Of a DNA stretch of 64,000 nt, positions 25,806 to 39,336 are shown one piece after another. A model generated the notes under the pieces. That model did not search any database, was not told the origin of the DNA, and worked only from the letters and a program-made list of their open reading frames with translations. Positions within the stretch are counted from its first letter, which is position 1. Every line of letters begins with the position of its first letter. Source of the DNA: Felis catus (lineage: Eukaryota); assembly GCF_018350175.1 (NCBI RefSeq), contig NC_058369.1, forward strand, positions 27,716,001 to 27,780,000, written 5' to 3'. Position numbers and translations under genes: made by a program.

Positions 25806-26745
25806 TCACTTACCTCAACACAGAGGTGCCTGAAAAAGCTTTATGTTTTTTAAACAAAAAGTAAACATCCTGTTAATTCACATGGGCAGAGGGAGACGGC
25901 ATTCTGCTAAATGAAATATGCTGAGAAGTTGAACATTGAAATGTATCTAATGGTATATGAAGTCATTAATGCTGTTTACCAACTATTTCAGGTTCTTGCC
26001 ATATCTGGGCACAGGGTAGGATTACATTTCCTGGATCCATGTAGTTAGATGAAGCTGAAGGAATTCTGGCCAAGCAATTGTGAGCAGAAATGATATATAT
26101 CACTTATGGACTTGAGCCCTTAACTGCAGTGTGAGACCCCAAAGCTCTCTTTCCTTATCCATGGCAACCAGATACATTAGTCGTGTAGTCATACTGGACT
26201 GGCATTATAGGTAAGCAGGGGGCTCTGTTCATCATCTGTTCTCAGTGATTAGATCAAGTCTGTTAAACAGGTTTCATCTCTTTTGCCAACTTCCAACTAA
26301 CCTGTAGTATCTGCCTAGAGCAGTATTTTGAAGAGATTCTGTGGCCTTGATAGGAATCAGAAGGGAAGAATGGAGGGATTTATTAATTTTGGCTGCCATG
26401 AGGGAAGGAAGAATATCAGTGTGCATAATCAAGTAGCCATCAGTCTTCAATTAGGAAGCAATACAAATATTTGTTCCCAGGCTCAATTTCCCCCTTTCTC
26501 GATGATATAGAAGTCATGTCTAGGTACTGCAAGGTCGCTAAGTAACAATTGTGAAAATGTGGTATTATCCTTATTGTCCTGGAGATACAAAGAAGAATAT
26601 AGAACTTAAACAATTCTGGTTAGGAGAGCATTAAAAAAGAAAGTTACTGTCACTGAAAAGTATCTGTCCATAATGTGCCAACATGGGAGTGGGAACCAAG
26701 ATGAGAATGTTATAAAAAGGCTCTTAGGTATTAAAAGCTGGAAGA

Positions 26746-27030
26746 GGGGCACCTGGGTGGCGCAGTCGGTTAAGCGTCCGACTTCAGCCAGGTCACGATC
26801 TTGCCTGTGAGTGAGTTCGAGCCCCACGGTCAGGCTCTGGGCTGATGGCTCTGGGCTGAGTTTGGTCTGTGAGTTCGAGCCCCACGTCAGGCTCTGGGCT
26901 GATGGCTCGGAGCCTGGAGCCTGTTTCCGATTCTGTGTCTCCCTCTCTCTCTGCCCCTCCCCCGTTCATGCTCTGTCTCTCTCTGTCCCAAAAATAAATA
27001 AAAAACGTTGAAAAAAAAATTAAAAAAAAA
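26746..27030 (+). mobile_element. Young feline SINEC_Fc with an internal duplication
   Basis: ggggcacctgggtggcgcagtcggttaagcgtccgacttcagccagg head with many intact CpGs; perfect TSD aaaagctggaaga (26733-26745 / 27031-27043) at a TT/AAAA L1-endonuclease site. Confidence 0.96.
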
Positions 27031-28140
27031 AAAAGCTGGAAGAGTATTACAAAGAAGAATAATAAAGTACACTGGGCCTCTAAAGGAAATATTTAAGGAT
27101 CATCCTCAATAAGGAAGTTTTTTAAACTACATGTATATTCTGCTATGAGAACCACTTCAAAAGCTTTATGAAATGTTTTTTTTAATTCTAGTATAAATCA
27201 GAAAAGAATGCTAAAGATTTGTAATTCGTTGGAGATCTGCTGGAAAACCACAGGCAAGATAAGTAATTTCATAGCACTTGACCATCTATGCTTTCAGGCT
27301 ACCAGTAGGTGAATGAGAACAGAACACTTTGAGTGTCTGCTTCTATAAGGTGACCAGACTGGCCCCAAACTCCCATACAGTTTGACCTCTTGGGTGTCTT
27401 TCCAACACAAATTCCACTAGGTCCTGAAAAGCATGGATTCCAACTTCCGGTTTGTTAATGCCATTCAAGAGCCACTGAAAAGTCCAATTTCCATTAGATC
27501 TTCAGTACAGTTGGACAAGCCAATGAAGCAACCCACACATCACAGTCTAGATACTACGGAAGGCAAAGAGCAACCAAGATATAAATGTGAAACAGCAGGG
27601 ACTCTTTCACAGGAGAAAAGAAATAGGAAATGGGAGACAGAAAAGAAGGAAGAAGACATAAAAAGGGAATATTCAGCAGGTAAAGCATTCTTACAAGATG
27701 GGAAATACTTCCTGGTGAACAGGCTCAAATGACATTCCTGGTTTCACACATAGTGTAATGCAGAATGGTCCTTCCATAAGTATTCGGTGAAAGACCAAAT
27801 GGCATGCATGCTCATTCACTGCTTAATCTGGGAAACAATTCTTTCATATAAGTAACTGTTCAAAATGTTTCAGAAATTGTTTCTGAGACATTGAATGAGA
27901 CCAGACCCCACTTACTTATATGAAAATAATTAAGGGAAATGCACTTAAAAAAAAAAAAAAAAGCTTAGTTCTGAATTCTTGATCAAAAAGAGACCCGGCT
28001 AAAGGCATAGAAAAACTAAACATAATGTCCTTCCCTTTGCACATCAAAGGCAGCGCTTGCATTTTAAGTGGAAAAGTTGTAGACCATTAACTCATTGGAG
28101 CTTGGAAAGATCTGAGCATAACACTGTTCTATGTTCTTTT

Positions 28141-28343
28141 CAACGTTTATTTATTTTTGGGACAGAGAGAGACAGAGCATGAACGGGGGAGGGGCAGAGA
28201 GAGAGGGAGACACAGAATCGGAAACAGGCTCCAGGCTCTGAGCCATCAGCCCAGAGCCCGACGCAGGGCTCGAACTCACGGACCGCGAGATCGTGACCTG
28301 GCTGAAGTCGAACACTTAACCGACTGCGCCACCCAGGTGCCCC
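28141..28343 (-). mobile_element. Young feline SINEC_Fc, almost tail-less
   Basis: CpG-rich body ending ...ccacccaggtgcccc; perfect TSD tgttctatgttctttt at 28125 and 28344. Confidence 0.96.
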
Positions 28344-28839
28344 TGTTCTATGTTCTTTTCAAAACAGTCATGAGATCTTTCTCTGTGACAAATACAGATG
28401 TTGATAGAAAAATTCTTTATTTCCAAAACCGAGAGCCTTAATTACGTTCGCTTGCCATTCTTAGAATGCGAATCAACCACCCCCACCAAAAAAATAAATA
28501 AATAAAAATTCAGTCCTCCCTAAGTTAGCAATCTAAAAGAGACGTGAGAATATTTCATAGTGAAAGGTGTACAAGGGCTTAATGAATGAATTTCTCCCTG
28601 AGTGACTGAAGGAAGCCCATAAAGGAAAATTTTAGAGGAAAGGGTAGAAACAAAACACTTACTAGGACTTTGTATGTTTTGTTCTTATTCATTAAGTACA
28701 TATATTCGTACTTAATTAAATAAGTGAAATTCTTAGTGAATAAGTGAAAAACAGGCAAAGTCCTAAAAAATGCTCTGGTTCACTATACAGGAATTAAAAT
28801 AAAAAAAACTTAATTTTAAAAAAAGAGCCTCTCACATGG

Positions 28840-29510
28840 TGGGTATTGTGTAAGACACTGAGAACATAACACACGCCAGCCATCATGCATCGCATCCTCT
28901 CCCGTCCAAAAGTATATATTCTAGAAGGTGAAAAGGCAAGAAACAGATGAAAACATGGTCTGCTGTGAAAGAGACAAGGGTTGAGATAAGAAAGCAAAGT
29001 TGCAACAACACAAAGCAAGGTGTGGAAAGCCAACACTGCTACACTGGGGATAAGCTCGGCCTGTTTACCTGAAGCGTCACGAAACAGCACTGGCTCTGCA
29101 CAGCTTCGGGTGGCTGTGTGGAGTGATTCTATCTGCAAGGGGAAGCCTCAGAAGCATCTCAGGTAGTGGACAGCAGAGACTCGTGACAGAATCTGAGTTC
29201 TCTTTTACAAGGATCACTGTAAGTGTTGTATAGAAAAAAGAAAAAAAAAAAAGATTCAATCAAAGCAAGGAGAAAAGCTGAAGGCCATTGGGGATGGCTT
29301 TACCAGAGACTAGTTGAGAGATTCCAAATAGTCCGGGACGATGGTGGTGACAGTGTAGATACAAAGAATTTGAGATATATTTCTGACTCAGGAGCAACAG
29401 TACTTACTGATGTGGGGGATGGGCATGAGAGGAGGGGGGTCAAAGAGGATCTCAGGGTTCTGGCCTAATGAGGTGGGTGGAGAGTGGTGTAATTTAGGAG
29501 CTATGGCGGT
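28840..29510 (-). mobile_element. L2 fragment
   Basis: agagactagttgagagattccaaatagtccgggacgatggtgg...ggggtcaaagaggatctcagggttctggcct. Confidence 0.6.
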
Positions 29511-31043
29511 CAGAGGGGAAAGGCAGTGCCATAGGACTCACTATCTAGAGATCTTTCCTTCTTGAATTTAGATTTCCCAAAACCAACTAACTTGTATGTG
29601 CAGATGCACCCCAGGGCTTCTTTGAATCTCCTGAAATTGGGAATGGATCTGTCCATGGGGGTGGGGGAGAAGGGGGAGTATACATTGTTCTCCTGTGGTC
29701 TTGAGTTTGCAAAAAATTCTTAGTCTTCTGACTCCAACTAAGAATCACTGATTTGAATTAACAAAATTATTTGGAGTTAGTTTCCAAAAGACGATTAAAA
29801 ATAGGCTCATATTTCTATTCATTTTAGCTTAGAATCTAAGAGACCCACTCCTGAAGAGTGAAAAACAGTAGTTTATTTTGTGTCTGAGCAATATGTTCAC
29901 AAGGATGAACTCTCCACAAAAGACAAACTAAAGATTTATTTTTTCTAAATGGCTTAACACTAAAATCATTTTAATCTGATTCAGCAGTGAACAATTTAAA
30001 ATGTGTCCCTTCCAACAAAAGACAGCTGGACACATAAAGATGATTGTGTGATCCATTCAAAATTAAAGAATGGGCTAAATCATTTACAACAATAAAAATG
30101 CAAAAAAATCCTACCAGGAAAAAAAAAAAAAAAACAGGCGTGAAAACACTAAGTAGCAAGTGATTTCTAAATGTTTCCAAAACAGGAAGCTAAAGACATT
30201 TTAATGTCACTCTGGTAGCTTCCAGAATAAAATAAGTTAATCAGTCAGCTGCTAAAAACAAAGAAGGAACTCATTAAAAACAAATACATTAAAAAAAAAA
30301 TCAGAAAGTGTCAAGAAAGCAGGCTTTTTCAAGATACTGATTTGTATGCAAATATAGCACAGCATTTATCCCCAAAACCTCCAAAGCCTGTAAAGGGAGA
30401 AAGTTTGTTCTTTCCATCTGCTTAAACTCTTCTCCTTATAAAGTCACCTGCTAATGACAAGGAAGGCTTTCACATCTGTAAAACAATAACAGAAAAAAAT
30501 ACCTTCACAAACACAGGGTTTCAAAACCACAAACTCCTAAGCCACTCTCTTCCTCAAATCTCTTAGCCTAGTGTCTGTGTTAACACTGGGTTAATGTTTA
30601 TACCTACTTCATTGTTACGAGGTTTGGTGTTGTTGTTGTTTTAATAAGGGATTTTTTAATTACATATTTCACACCATAAAGTGAAGGTTGCTAAACATAT
30701 GGTTACTTAAAAAAATCAATAGAAATGAATTCCTTGAAGACTTCCCTCTGTACAACATGCCCTTCTTTGCAACTGTAACGTGGAATAGGATTTGAATATT
30801 GTTGACTAACACAAGCGCTACCATTTAGAAGCTAGAACTTCCCTCAGGCCACAGATAAAACTTCACCCCTATGTTTTCACATTCCACTCACCTACTCACC
30901 TCCCTTACGTCATATTCTCTCTGCATTTTTCTTTATCATCCTAATCTAGCATCACTAGAGGAAGGAGCTAGAAATAGGTTATCTGACTATAATTTCTTCT
31001 TTCACTCCACTTTGAACTGTATGAATTTTTCAAAACATAACTG

Positions 31044-31253
31044 TTTTTTTTAATGTTTATTCATTCATTTTGAGAGAGAGACTGAGAGAGAGCACAAGCA
31101 GGGGAGGTGCACAGAGAAGGAGAGTATCCCAAGCAGGCTCTGCATTGTCAGTACAGAGCCTGAAGAGGGACTTTGATCCCACAAACCAGGAGATCATGAT
31201 CTGAGTCAAAATCAAGAGTTGGAGGCTCAACTCACTGAATCATGCAGGCACCC
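31044..31253 (-). mobile_element. CAN-SINE, older copy
   Basis: T-rich tail, (GA)n, ends gcaggcaccc; TSD caaaacataa. Confidence 0.9.
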
Positions 31254-31832
31254 AAAACATAAAGTTAACAATAAAAAAAAAAAAAAACCTCAGAACACAA
31301 AAAACAATGAAAACATTAAAAATATCTAAATGCACTTAGGATTTACAACTTTTTTCCAGGATATCACTTTTGATATTCAGTTTAGATAGCACAGCACAGG
31401 ATATGGTTTGCCTAACTTTTAAATAAGAAGACCCAATAATCTCAAAGACTATGAAAATACCAACCTGAGCCCAAGATTCCTATGTATTTTACTTTTATTC
31501 TGTATATAATTGAAAAAATATATATATTTAGGCATACATAAGGAAAGCAAAAATTTGGAAAAAAAATGTCTGGCAATTCCGTAACAATTTTATATTTATA
31601 TGTCATCGTTACTCCTGCAGGATCCTAAAACTCACTCCTATTTTCTTTATATGCTCAGATATTTAAAACATGTCTTTGCTACCTCACAATCTGCTGGCAT
31701 GAGGAATTAAACATTGGCCCCAATATCTTTCATTACCAATATCAGCATCATCACCACCATCTTTGCCATCAAAAAAATTGGAAATTATTTGAATTAGTAC
31801 AACCTTTACTAAAATAGTATTTCAAATTTCTT

Positions 31833-32025
31833 TATTTTTAATTTATTTTTGAGGGAGAGAGAGAGAGAGCGAGTGCACAAGTTCAGGAGGGGCAGAGGAT
31901 CCGAAGCAGGCTCTGTACTGACAGCAGAGAGCCTGGGCAGGCCTCAAACTCACAAACTGGGAGATCATGACCTGAGCCAAAATTAAGAGTCAGACACTTA
32001 ATTGGCTGAGCCACCCAGGTGCTCC
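31833..32025 (-). mobile_element. CAN-SINE
   Basis: Ends ctgagccacccaggtgctcc; TSD tcaaatttctt (31822 / 32026). Confidence 0.92.
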
Positions 32026-32304
32026 TCAAATTTCTTATTGATGACAAAATGTTTTTCCAGGAGACTGCAGCCTCCTATACTATTCCAGGGAGATTCTATC
32101 ATCATTAATATTTCCTTGTGGAAAAAACAAAAACAAAAAACAAGCCTCTCCTTAAAAAAAAAATACTTTTATTTAGAATCTCATCTGGTCTAGCTTAATC
32201 TCTGAAGAAGAAAAAAAATTCACACTGAGAGGGATTAGTATTATGCAATTTTAATGTTATTGTCCCATATCCATAGTAATTTACCTAATATAAATCAATG
32301 CCTG

Positions 32305-32568
32305 TAGAGCAAGTGCTGTCTAACGGAACTGTCATAATGACGAAAAGGTTCTATATCCTACACTAATATAATAGCCACTAGCCCCATGTGGCTACTAAGC
32401 ACTTGAAATGTGGCTGGTGGGACTGAAGAACTAGATTTTAATTGCATTTACTTTTACCTAATTTTAATTTTAAAATTAACAATTAAATATCAACACTATA
32501 TTTTTATTTAAATAGCCACCTGAAGCCAGTAGTCATCTGTAGCTAGTTGCTTCTGCACTGGACAGCCC
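32305..32568. mobile_element. MER3-like hAT-Charlie MITE
   Basis: gtgctgtctaacggaact...tagccactagccccatgtggctactaagcacttgaaatgtggct...ggacagc. Confidence 0.8.
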
Positions 32569-32734
32569 TGAAGTGGAAGCCATGGGTGTGTAATAACAGG
32601 GAGCAGTGAGAATTGAGGCAAACAGGAAGACACATACCCCAAGATGGGTAGACACTACTTAATTGTTTCTTTTTATCAAGAGAAACTGGAAATTGGGTTC
32701 TATGCGTAATTCTCCTATATTTAATTTCTGGCAA

Positions 32735-34030
32735 ATACAGGCAGCCTTCATTTACCATAGTTCCAACACTCAAAATTTTCAGCGACCACAATTCAGTTAA
32801 ATAATACCAGTTCCCCAACAATTTAGTTCAAATTTCAGTTACCATGCTTTATTAGCTCAGAGGCAATGCAGAAAGTACAAGTCCATTACCCTGTCTTCAG
32901 TCAATAGCTCTCCATGTGGATAACAGATGTGCATCACGATCAGTGACCAACCGTAGCACTTCTTTCAATGTCTGTCAGTGATCGGTCATTGCACATCTGT
33001 CATTCAGTCACACAAAGTCAGGAAGGTCGGTAGTAGTTGGTGCTGCCTTCTGTCTTCCACTGATTAAACCCTGGTGACACTGTACAAAAATGGACACTCA
33101 GAAGAGGTAGCTAGCCAAGAGATATGAAAGTACAACAAAGACGGGCGCCTGACTGGTTCAGTCAGTTGAGCATCTGACTCTTGAATTCAGCTCAGGTTCT
33201 GATGCCAGGGTCGTGGGATCAAACCTTGCATCAAGCTCCATGCTGAGTGTGGAACCTGCTTAAGATTCTCATTCCTGCCCCCTCCCCCCGCCCCGTCTCT
33301 CCCTCTTCCCTTCTCCCCCCAGTTTGTGCTCTAAGATTAAGAAAAAAACAAACAAACCTAAAAAGAAGAAAGTACGACAAAGAAGCAAAAAGTGATAATG
33401 GGGAAGGTGAATTGTGAATCAAACATAAATGGAGTTACAGAAGAAATTGCTGAGACTAGATGTGCAGCCAGAGGAATGGAGCTAAGGCCAACGGATCGAC
33501 AAAAACGGAGGACGTGGTCATGATGGAAAGGAGGACAGTGTCCCAGAGGAAGTTTTGCCAACAAAATACTTGACGTTTTAAAAAACTTCATCTATCACCA
33601 CGCTGAAAGCACAAAGTGTAAAATGTTGGAAACTGATCCAAACTCAGAAAGGAGTGTGGCAATTTGCCAAGGCATAGAAAAGATGCTCCATCTGTATTAT
33701 AAGCTATACAACCAGAAAGAGGCAGTGAGTACTGTTCAGACTACTCTTGATAAATGTTTTCCAAAGGGAAAAAAAAGAAAACCACATTAATTCTCAGTGT
33801 TTCTAGTATTTTAAATTACCAGTGTACTAAATAAGTTTTAGTCTTATTTTTTTTTTCAAATTCCCCTATCTGCTTTTAATAGATAATAAGAATTTCAAGA
33901 GTTTTGACCACATTTTTAAAGGTCATGGAACAATCATAATTTTCCCCATCGATTATTAAGATTGCTTTGCAAGGTTTCAGCTTTCCTGGTCATTTTCCAG
34001 TCCCAAACTGCTGCACACAATGAATATTTC
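32735..34030. mobile_element. TcMar-Tigger fossil (Tigger13a-like) carrying a nested SINE
   Basis: Transposase-like remnant aaaatgttggaaactgatccaaactcagaaaggagt...gttcagactactcttgataa; end gattattaagattgctttgcaaggtttcagct. Confidence 0.7.
33143..33367 (+). mobile_element. CAN-SINE nested in a Tigger element
   Basis: gggcgcctgactggttcagtcagttgag head; TSD gaaagtac(a/g)acaaaga. Confidence 0.9.
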
Positions 34031-34679
34031 AAATACATGAAAACTACTGTGCAGGGCAAATAAGAGGTATGGCTAATGGGCCATATTTAAAACCTGTTCC
34101 AGGAACTAGTGTCAGATTTGATGTGCATCTCAGTAATAGCAGGATAGAGCAGGCAGAAGAAATTCGATGGCTGTAAATGACTTTTAAAAGATGTATTTAT
34201 CCAATACTCTGACCAGGAAGGGTACACCTATTGTCATATGCTCTTGAATTCCAACAGACTGTCTGGCAAAAATTCAGTTGACAATTTCTTTTCTTCTCCA
34301 AATAGCCTGAGAACTGCATATAATCAAAACTCCTCACCCTTCAATGCATCATTACATCTAGTTGTTAACGTTTCTCCACCAAATGTTCTCCTATACCTAA
34401 GAATATGAAGGGAGGTGAATTACATAATAAGTAATACCAACACCATGCACGTCCCCTATTTCATATGGAGGACAAACAATAAGCAACATTTATGCCAAAA
34501 TCCTTGTTTTGAGACAACAAAGGGGATGGAGATATTTCTGTCCTTCTCCTCACAATGCTCTGCTATTGGACCTTCTTACAGCACATCCCCTGCTACTCGT
34601 CCAAAAGCTTTTAAAACAGAGGCCATATCTCATTCATTCCTCAATCTAAAGGCCAGGACTTGAAGCCCAGGCTAGGTCT

Positions 34680-34985
34680 CAATTCAAATGTCACCTTCTA
34701 GGGGACTTGTCCACTCTATCTGAAACAACCCTTTTTCCATAAGTCCTCATACACTGGTATCCCTCAGGACCTGATTTAAATTCTGAACTACAGTATTCAT
34801 TTAGGTATACTTATTTCCTATCTAGAATGTCAGCTGAAATGATAATCAGAGTCAGGAATAGCTGGCTTTCATCTGTGTCCTAATACCCAGTAGAGTTCCT
34901 GGACATAAAGCAGTTGCTAAACACCAAATGAATTGGTGGGTGGATGTTTTGAAATAATGCATGTTTGAGTGAATGACTATTTGAA
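34680..34985 (+). mobile_element. L2 3' fragment
   Basis: tcaattcaaatgtcaccttct...ctagaatgtcagct...cctggacataaagcag...gagtgaatga. Confidence 0.6.
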
Positions 34986-35099
34986 TGTAAGACAGTTGAA
35001 ATGGATGACTGATTAATACATAAATTAGTCTGAAACTACTACCTTATTATGATAAGTAGAAAGGAGAAAAAAAGATAACTGTTGTTCTCCTAACTAATG

Positions 35100-35690
35100 T
35101 TTCACACCCACAAACAGAACACTGTCTGGGTTGCCTTCCTTTTCCTAGGTTTTGGCCTTAGACAAACCTGAAGATGAGAATTCTTGCAGTGGATGAGCTC
35201 CCCAGGTCCAGCCTACCATTTGCTCAGCTACAAGATGGAGACGTTTCACTTCACAGCAGCATGTGTGAAAACAGCTTGGGAACTTTTGTTAAGAATAAGC
35301 TCAAGATGAGTTGACAGAGAAATGTTGTTTCCACAAAACACATTTTATCTCAGAATGTGAATGCAAGTCTGTGTATTGAGTTGAGGGAGGCGATTTCTCA
35401 CTCTGATCTTTATTGGCAAGGCTTCTCATGGAGTTTTCTGTCAACATGGAAGCCACCAGGGACTGCCTATAGCACATTCACAGAAGAGATAAGTATAGAT
35501 GAGGAAGATCAGAGAAAATGGAAATGAGGAAACAAGAGCCAACCTTCAAGCCACAGCACTGGAACGGCTGTTATGTGGGAGGAGGAAGATTCTGGCTAAG
35601 CTACTAGTAAAGGGGAGAATACCAACCAACTAGTAAATGACAGAAAACAACTAGTAAATGATGGAGAATTTCAGTCCAGCATGCAGGCTG
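35100..35690 (+). mobile_element. L3/CR1 LINE fossil
   Basis: gaaaacagcttgggaacttttgttaagaataagctcaagatgagttgacag...gagggaggcgatttctcactctg resembles the CR1 RT C-terminal consensus. Confidence 0.6.
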
Positions 35691-35897
35691 TGTGTTGGCC
35701 CAGATCTAGATTCATATTCCATTTCTACCACTTGTTAGCTATTTGACTTCAGACAAATCAACTCCTTTTGAGTCTCAGTAACTTCATCTGAAAAATGGGT
35801 ATTATTTATTCTTTTTAAACTGTATTTCAAGGAAATCAAATAGTTCCAGTGATGGAAAGTTATTTAAAGCATTCCAATTCTAAACACGAGAGGAATA

Positions 35898-36125
35898 GGG
35901 GCAGCTGGGTGGCTCAGTCGGTTAAGCGTCTGACTTCGTCTCAGGTCATGATCTCGCAGTTTGTGGGTTTGAGCCCTGTATCGGGCTCTGTGCTGACAGC
36001 TCAGAGCCTGGAGCCTCCTTCAGATTCTGTGTGTCCCTCTCTCTCTGCCCCTCCTCCACTTGCTCTCTCTCTCTTTCTCTCAAAAATAAATAAATGTTAA
36101 AAAATAATAAAAATAAAATAAAAAT
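35898..36125 (+). mobile_element. CAN-SINE
   Basis: ggggcagctgggtggctcagtcggttaagcg head; TSD gagaggaata (35888 / 36126). Confidence 0.94.
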
Positions 36126-36224
36126 GAGAGGAATAACAACAGATTTGCACAAACCACCATTTTCAAGCCCTAAAAAATAACTGATTCAGATAAAAGTATT
36201 AACAGATGATTTAGGGTTTAGATC

Positions 36225-36786
36225 AGGGGTTCTTCACATGGGGGGTAGTTCCCCATGGACACTTAAGGAAAGAAGTGTGAATAAAAGAAATACATCCAGA
36301 TGAATGGGGGGAAAGCTGCATATTTGTTTCACTAATTTCTAACTGACATTTTGCATCTCCTTAAATCACAAACATGAACAACAAACCTCAGTAGTAACTT
36401 TAATGCCTATAACTTTGTCATAGTATAATTCACAGACATTTTAAAAATATAAATATAAAGTGATAACTTTATAGTTGTTGCAGACACCTTGCAATATCCT
36501 TTATTCTATAGTTATTCATTAGTTCTATGAGTATTAGCAAATTATAGTAGTCATTATACCTCCTACCAATTCTTGTTATTTAATATGTAATAATGTAGTG
36601 CATATCTCACCATATCACAGCTTTGCTCTTTAATATTACAATAACTGTTATTCAGTAACATTGACTTCCTTTGTATTCATATACACTTAACTTTCCTCAT
36701 TAAGAACATTACTGGGAGAAGAAATCTACAGGCTTCACCAACTGTCAAAAGGGGCTCACCTAACAAAAAAGATTAAGGGCTCCTGC
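36225..36786. mobile_element. MER113-like hAT-Charlie element
   Basis: Termini caggggttcttcac... and ...aggcttcaccaactgtcaaaagggg...gattaagggctcctg. Confidence 0.7.
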
Positions 36787-36789
36787 TTT

Positions 36790-37665
36790 AGATGAAAGGT
36801 TGATGGGAAATTTATAATGAGGAGCTAGGGTGTCACTACTAAATCCGCTGAGCAAGGTCAGGACCCTAAGAGTGGGACATCCAAACATTATGCCTCCCTA
36901 CAAGATGCCACAAATGCTTGCATCTGAAAATAGCCAATCCTTATGCCACACTGTCTAACAGAACTTTCTGTGATGATAGAAATGTTTTATGTTTAGGCTA
37001 CCTAATACGTCAGCCACGAACTGCATGTGAAATGTGGCCAGAGCAAGTGAACAGCTGAATGTTTCAATTCTTTTTAACTTTAATTAATCTCTATTTAAAA
37101 AGTCACATTGAGCTAGTATCTACAGTCCTAGACAACCCTCCTTAGAGCTAACTTATCTTTTACAAGACTCAAAAGATAAAGAAACAAGTTAAAGAACAAT
37201 AAGCGAAAGCAATAGACAAATTCAGATTATAGAACAGTCTTTAGGACGACTGACCCAGTTTAAAAAAAAAAATCAATGTCATAAAAATAATGTACTAAAA
37301 GAGTCCCAAAATAAATAACCACATATAACGTGAAGATTTTGTTTGGATCCTGATGAGACAAAAAACATTTTTAAATAACCATAGAAACTTGAATATTACA
37401 TCATGTCAGGAAATTCCTATTAATTTTGTTAGATATGATCATGGTATTATATTTACATTAGGAGATTTCTATAGTTTCAAAAATGCATACCGATGTGTAT
37501 AGGGTTGAGATAAAACTATTTCTAAGAACACCCTCAAAATATTGTAGCAAAAACGAAAGTGTATAGATGAAGTATGTGTGGCAAAGTCTAGAAAACCATT
37601 CAATCTGGCAAAGGTTCAAGGGCATCCTTTAAATTATTTTTGTTACTTCTGAGTATTTTGAAATA
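36790..37665 (+). mobile_element. Degraded L1MC/ME 3' region, interrupted by MER3
   Basis: agtgggacatccaaacattatgcctcc...gtttggatcctgat...ttaattttgttagatatgatcatggtattat. Confidence 0.6.
36945..37137. mobile_element. MER3-like hAT-Charlie MITE
   Basis: ctgtctaacagaactttctgtgatgatagaaatgtt...gaaatgtggcc. Confidence 0.75.
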
Positions 37666-39218
37666 ACCCAAAATGATTTGTATAGGTGATGATATTCTGC
37701 CTATAGCTACAGACACATAGTAAGCATTCAACGAACATTAATTAGAAACTATTAGCTTCATCATTACGATTCATGATTCTTAATGCCAAAACTAAGATCA
37801 ACTAGTAAAAAGTATGAAAGTTAACTTTAGGCCCAAAATACAAATAAGCTTTTTCACAGTGAGAGCTCTATGAAGATGGAAATACACTGTCTGCTGAGGT
37901 GGTGGTGGCCCAGAGATATTAAAAAGAAATAAACAACAGCAGTTTAAGTTTACTGAGCACTTATAACATGGCAGACATAAGTCTAAGCCCTTTTCACATA
38001 TTCTTTCATTTCAGCTCAATAGCAGTGCCATAAGGTAGGTACTCCTACTCTGCCCATTGGAGCTGTGCCAGCAGAGATGGATCCTTTGGTGACGATGTTG
38101 CAGAGCAAGTTCAAGGTGAATGGCTGTTATAGTTGCCCTTTACCAAGTCTGACAACCCTGAACTCTTCTGATTCAATGAACATGTGACTCAAATGAATTC
38201 TGCAGGCTGGCCAGCTGGCTGGCTCACACAGAGCCAGTGAACAGAGAGCAATTCTCTGCTTTACTTATTGAAAGGTCTTCAAACATCACCTTTCCCTTTC
38301 AAGTGGCAGACTAAAATCCCACAAGAATTTAATTATCTGTAGGCAAGGAGATGATGTGATCAAGAAAATGCTACATTTCAACTACTTCATTTATCCATTT
38401 TCAAATTTCCCATCAATTACAGGGAAACATCTTCCCCAAGCTGCCATTTGTCCAAGAAATGCCCATGGCGTATCTTTGTCAACATGTTTCAGAATATAAA
38501 TCCAGATTACTAAAACTAAAGTTGGTATAAAGTCTGTCGTCATATATTATATCATTTGGAAAGAAATATTGGTGACCTTATCCAGTATGACTGTTATAAT
38601 AGTAATAAAATTGAATCTTGGAAGATTACACTTCTGGTCAAAGTAGTAAAATGTGACCTTATTCTATTGAACATTGACATTTATTATATTAATTCACATG
38701 TAAAAAACTGCATTAAAATGTTATTAAAGCCCTGGATAGAAATGGGAATGTTTAAGAACTTCAGAAAAAAGATTTAACTTTACCAATCATTCATAACATG
38801 GAGCCCGTTTGATGCAAATCAAACTAAATCTCCTTCACCAATCTCTGGTTCAATTCTAACGTTATTGTTATTACCCTCTCATTCATACAGAATGTATTTT
38901 TTTCCTCATGCCTCTTCAAACATTTTATAAACTTTAAATCATTGTCATCATGCTCTAGAGAAAAAGATAACCCAGAGCAACAAATACACAAACTTGACGC
39001 AGAAGATCAAGCCACCTCCTCATGGCAGAGAGATTCTCTTCACACCAATAACAACATGCTTAACATTGAGCTCATGTCAGCCACTGCACGAGGCCCTTGA
39101 AAGGGCACCAAGGTCCAGAGGTGAGCAAGCAGTCAGACAGCTGCATGGACTTTACAGAATGGCCACCATGTGGAGAAAAGGTGTCACTTTGGACATCACA
39201 CCAGCAAAGTGCTTGTTG

Positions 39219-39248
39219 TTTCTTTCTTTCTTTTCTTTTCTTTTCTTT

Positions 39249-39336
<88 letters not shown>

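Noticed and set aside
35600..35665. Short direct repeat caactagtaaatga x2
   Set aside because: Ordinary small tandem duplication inside an L3 fossil; not an array.
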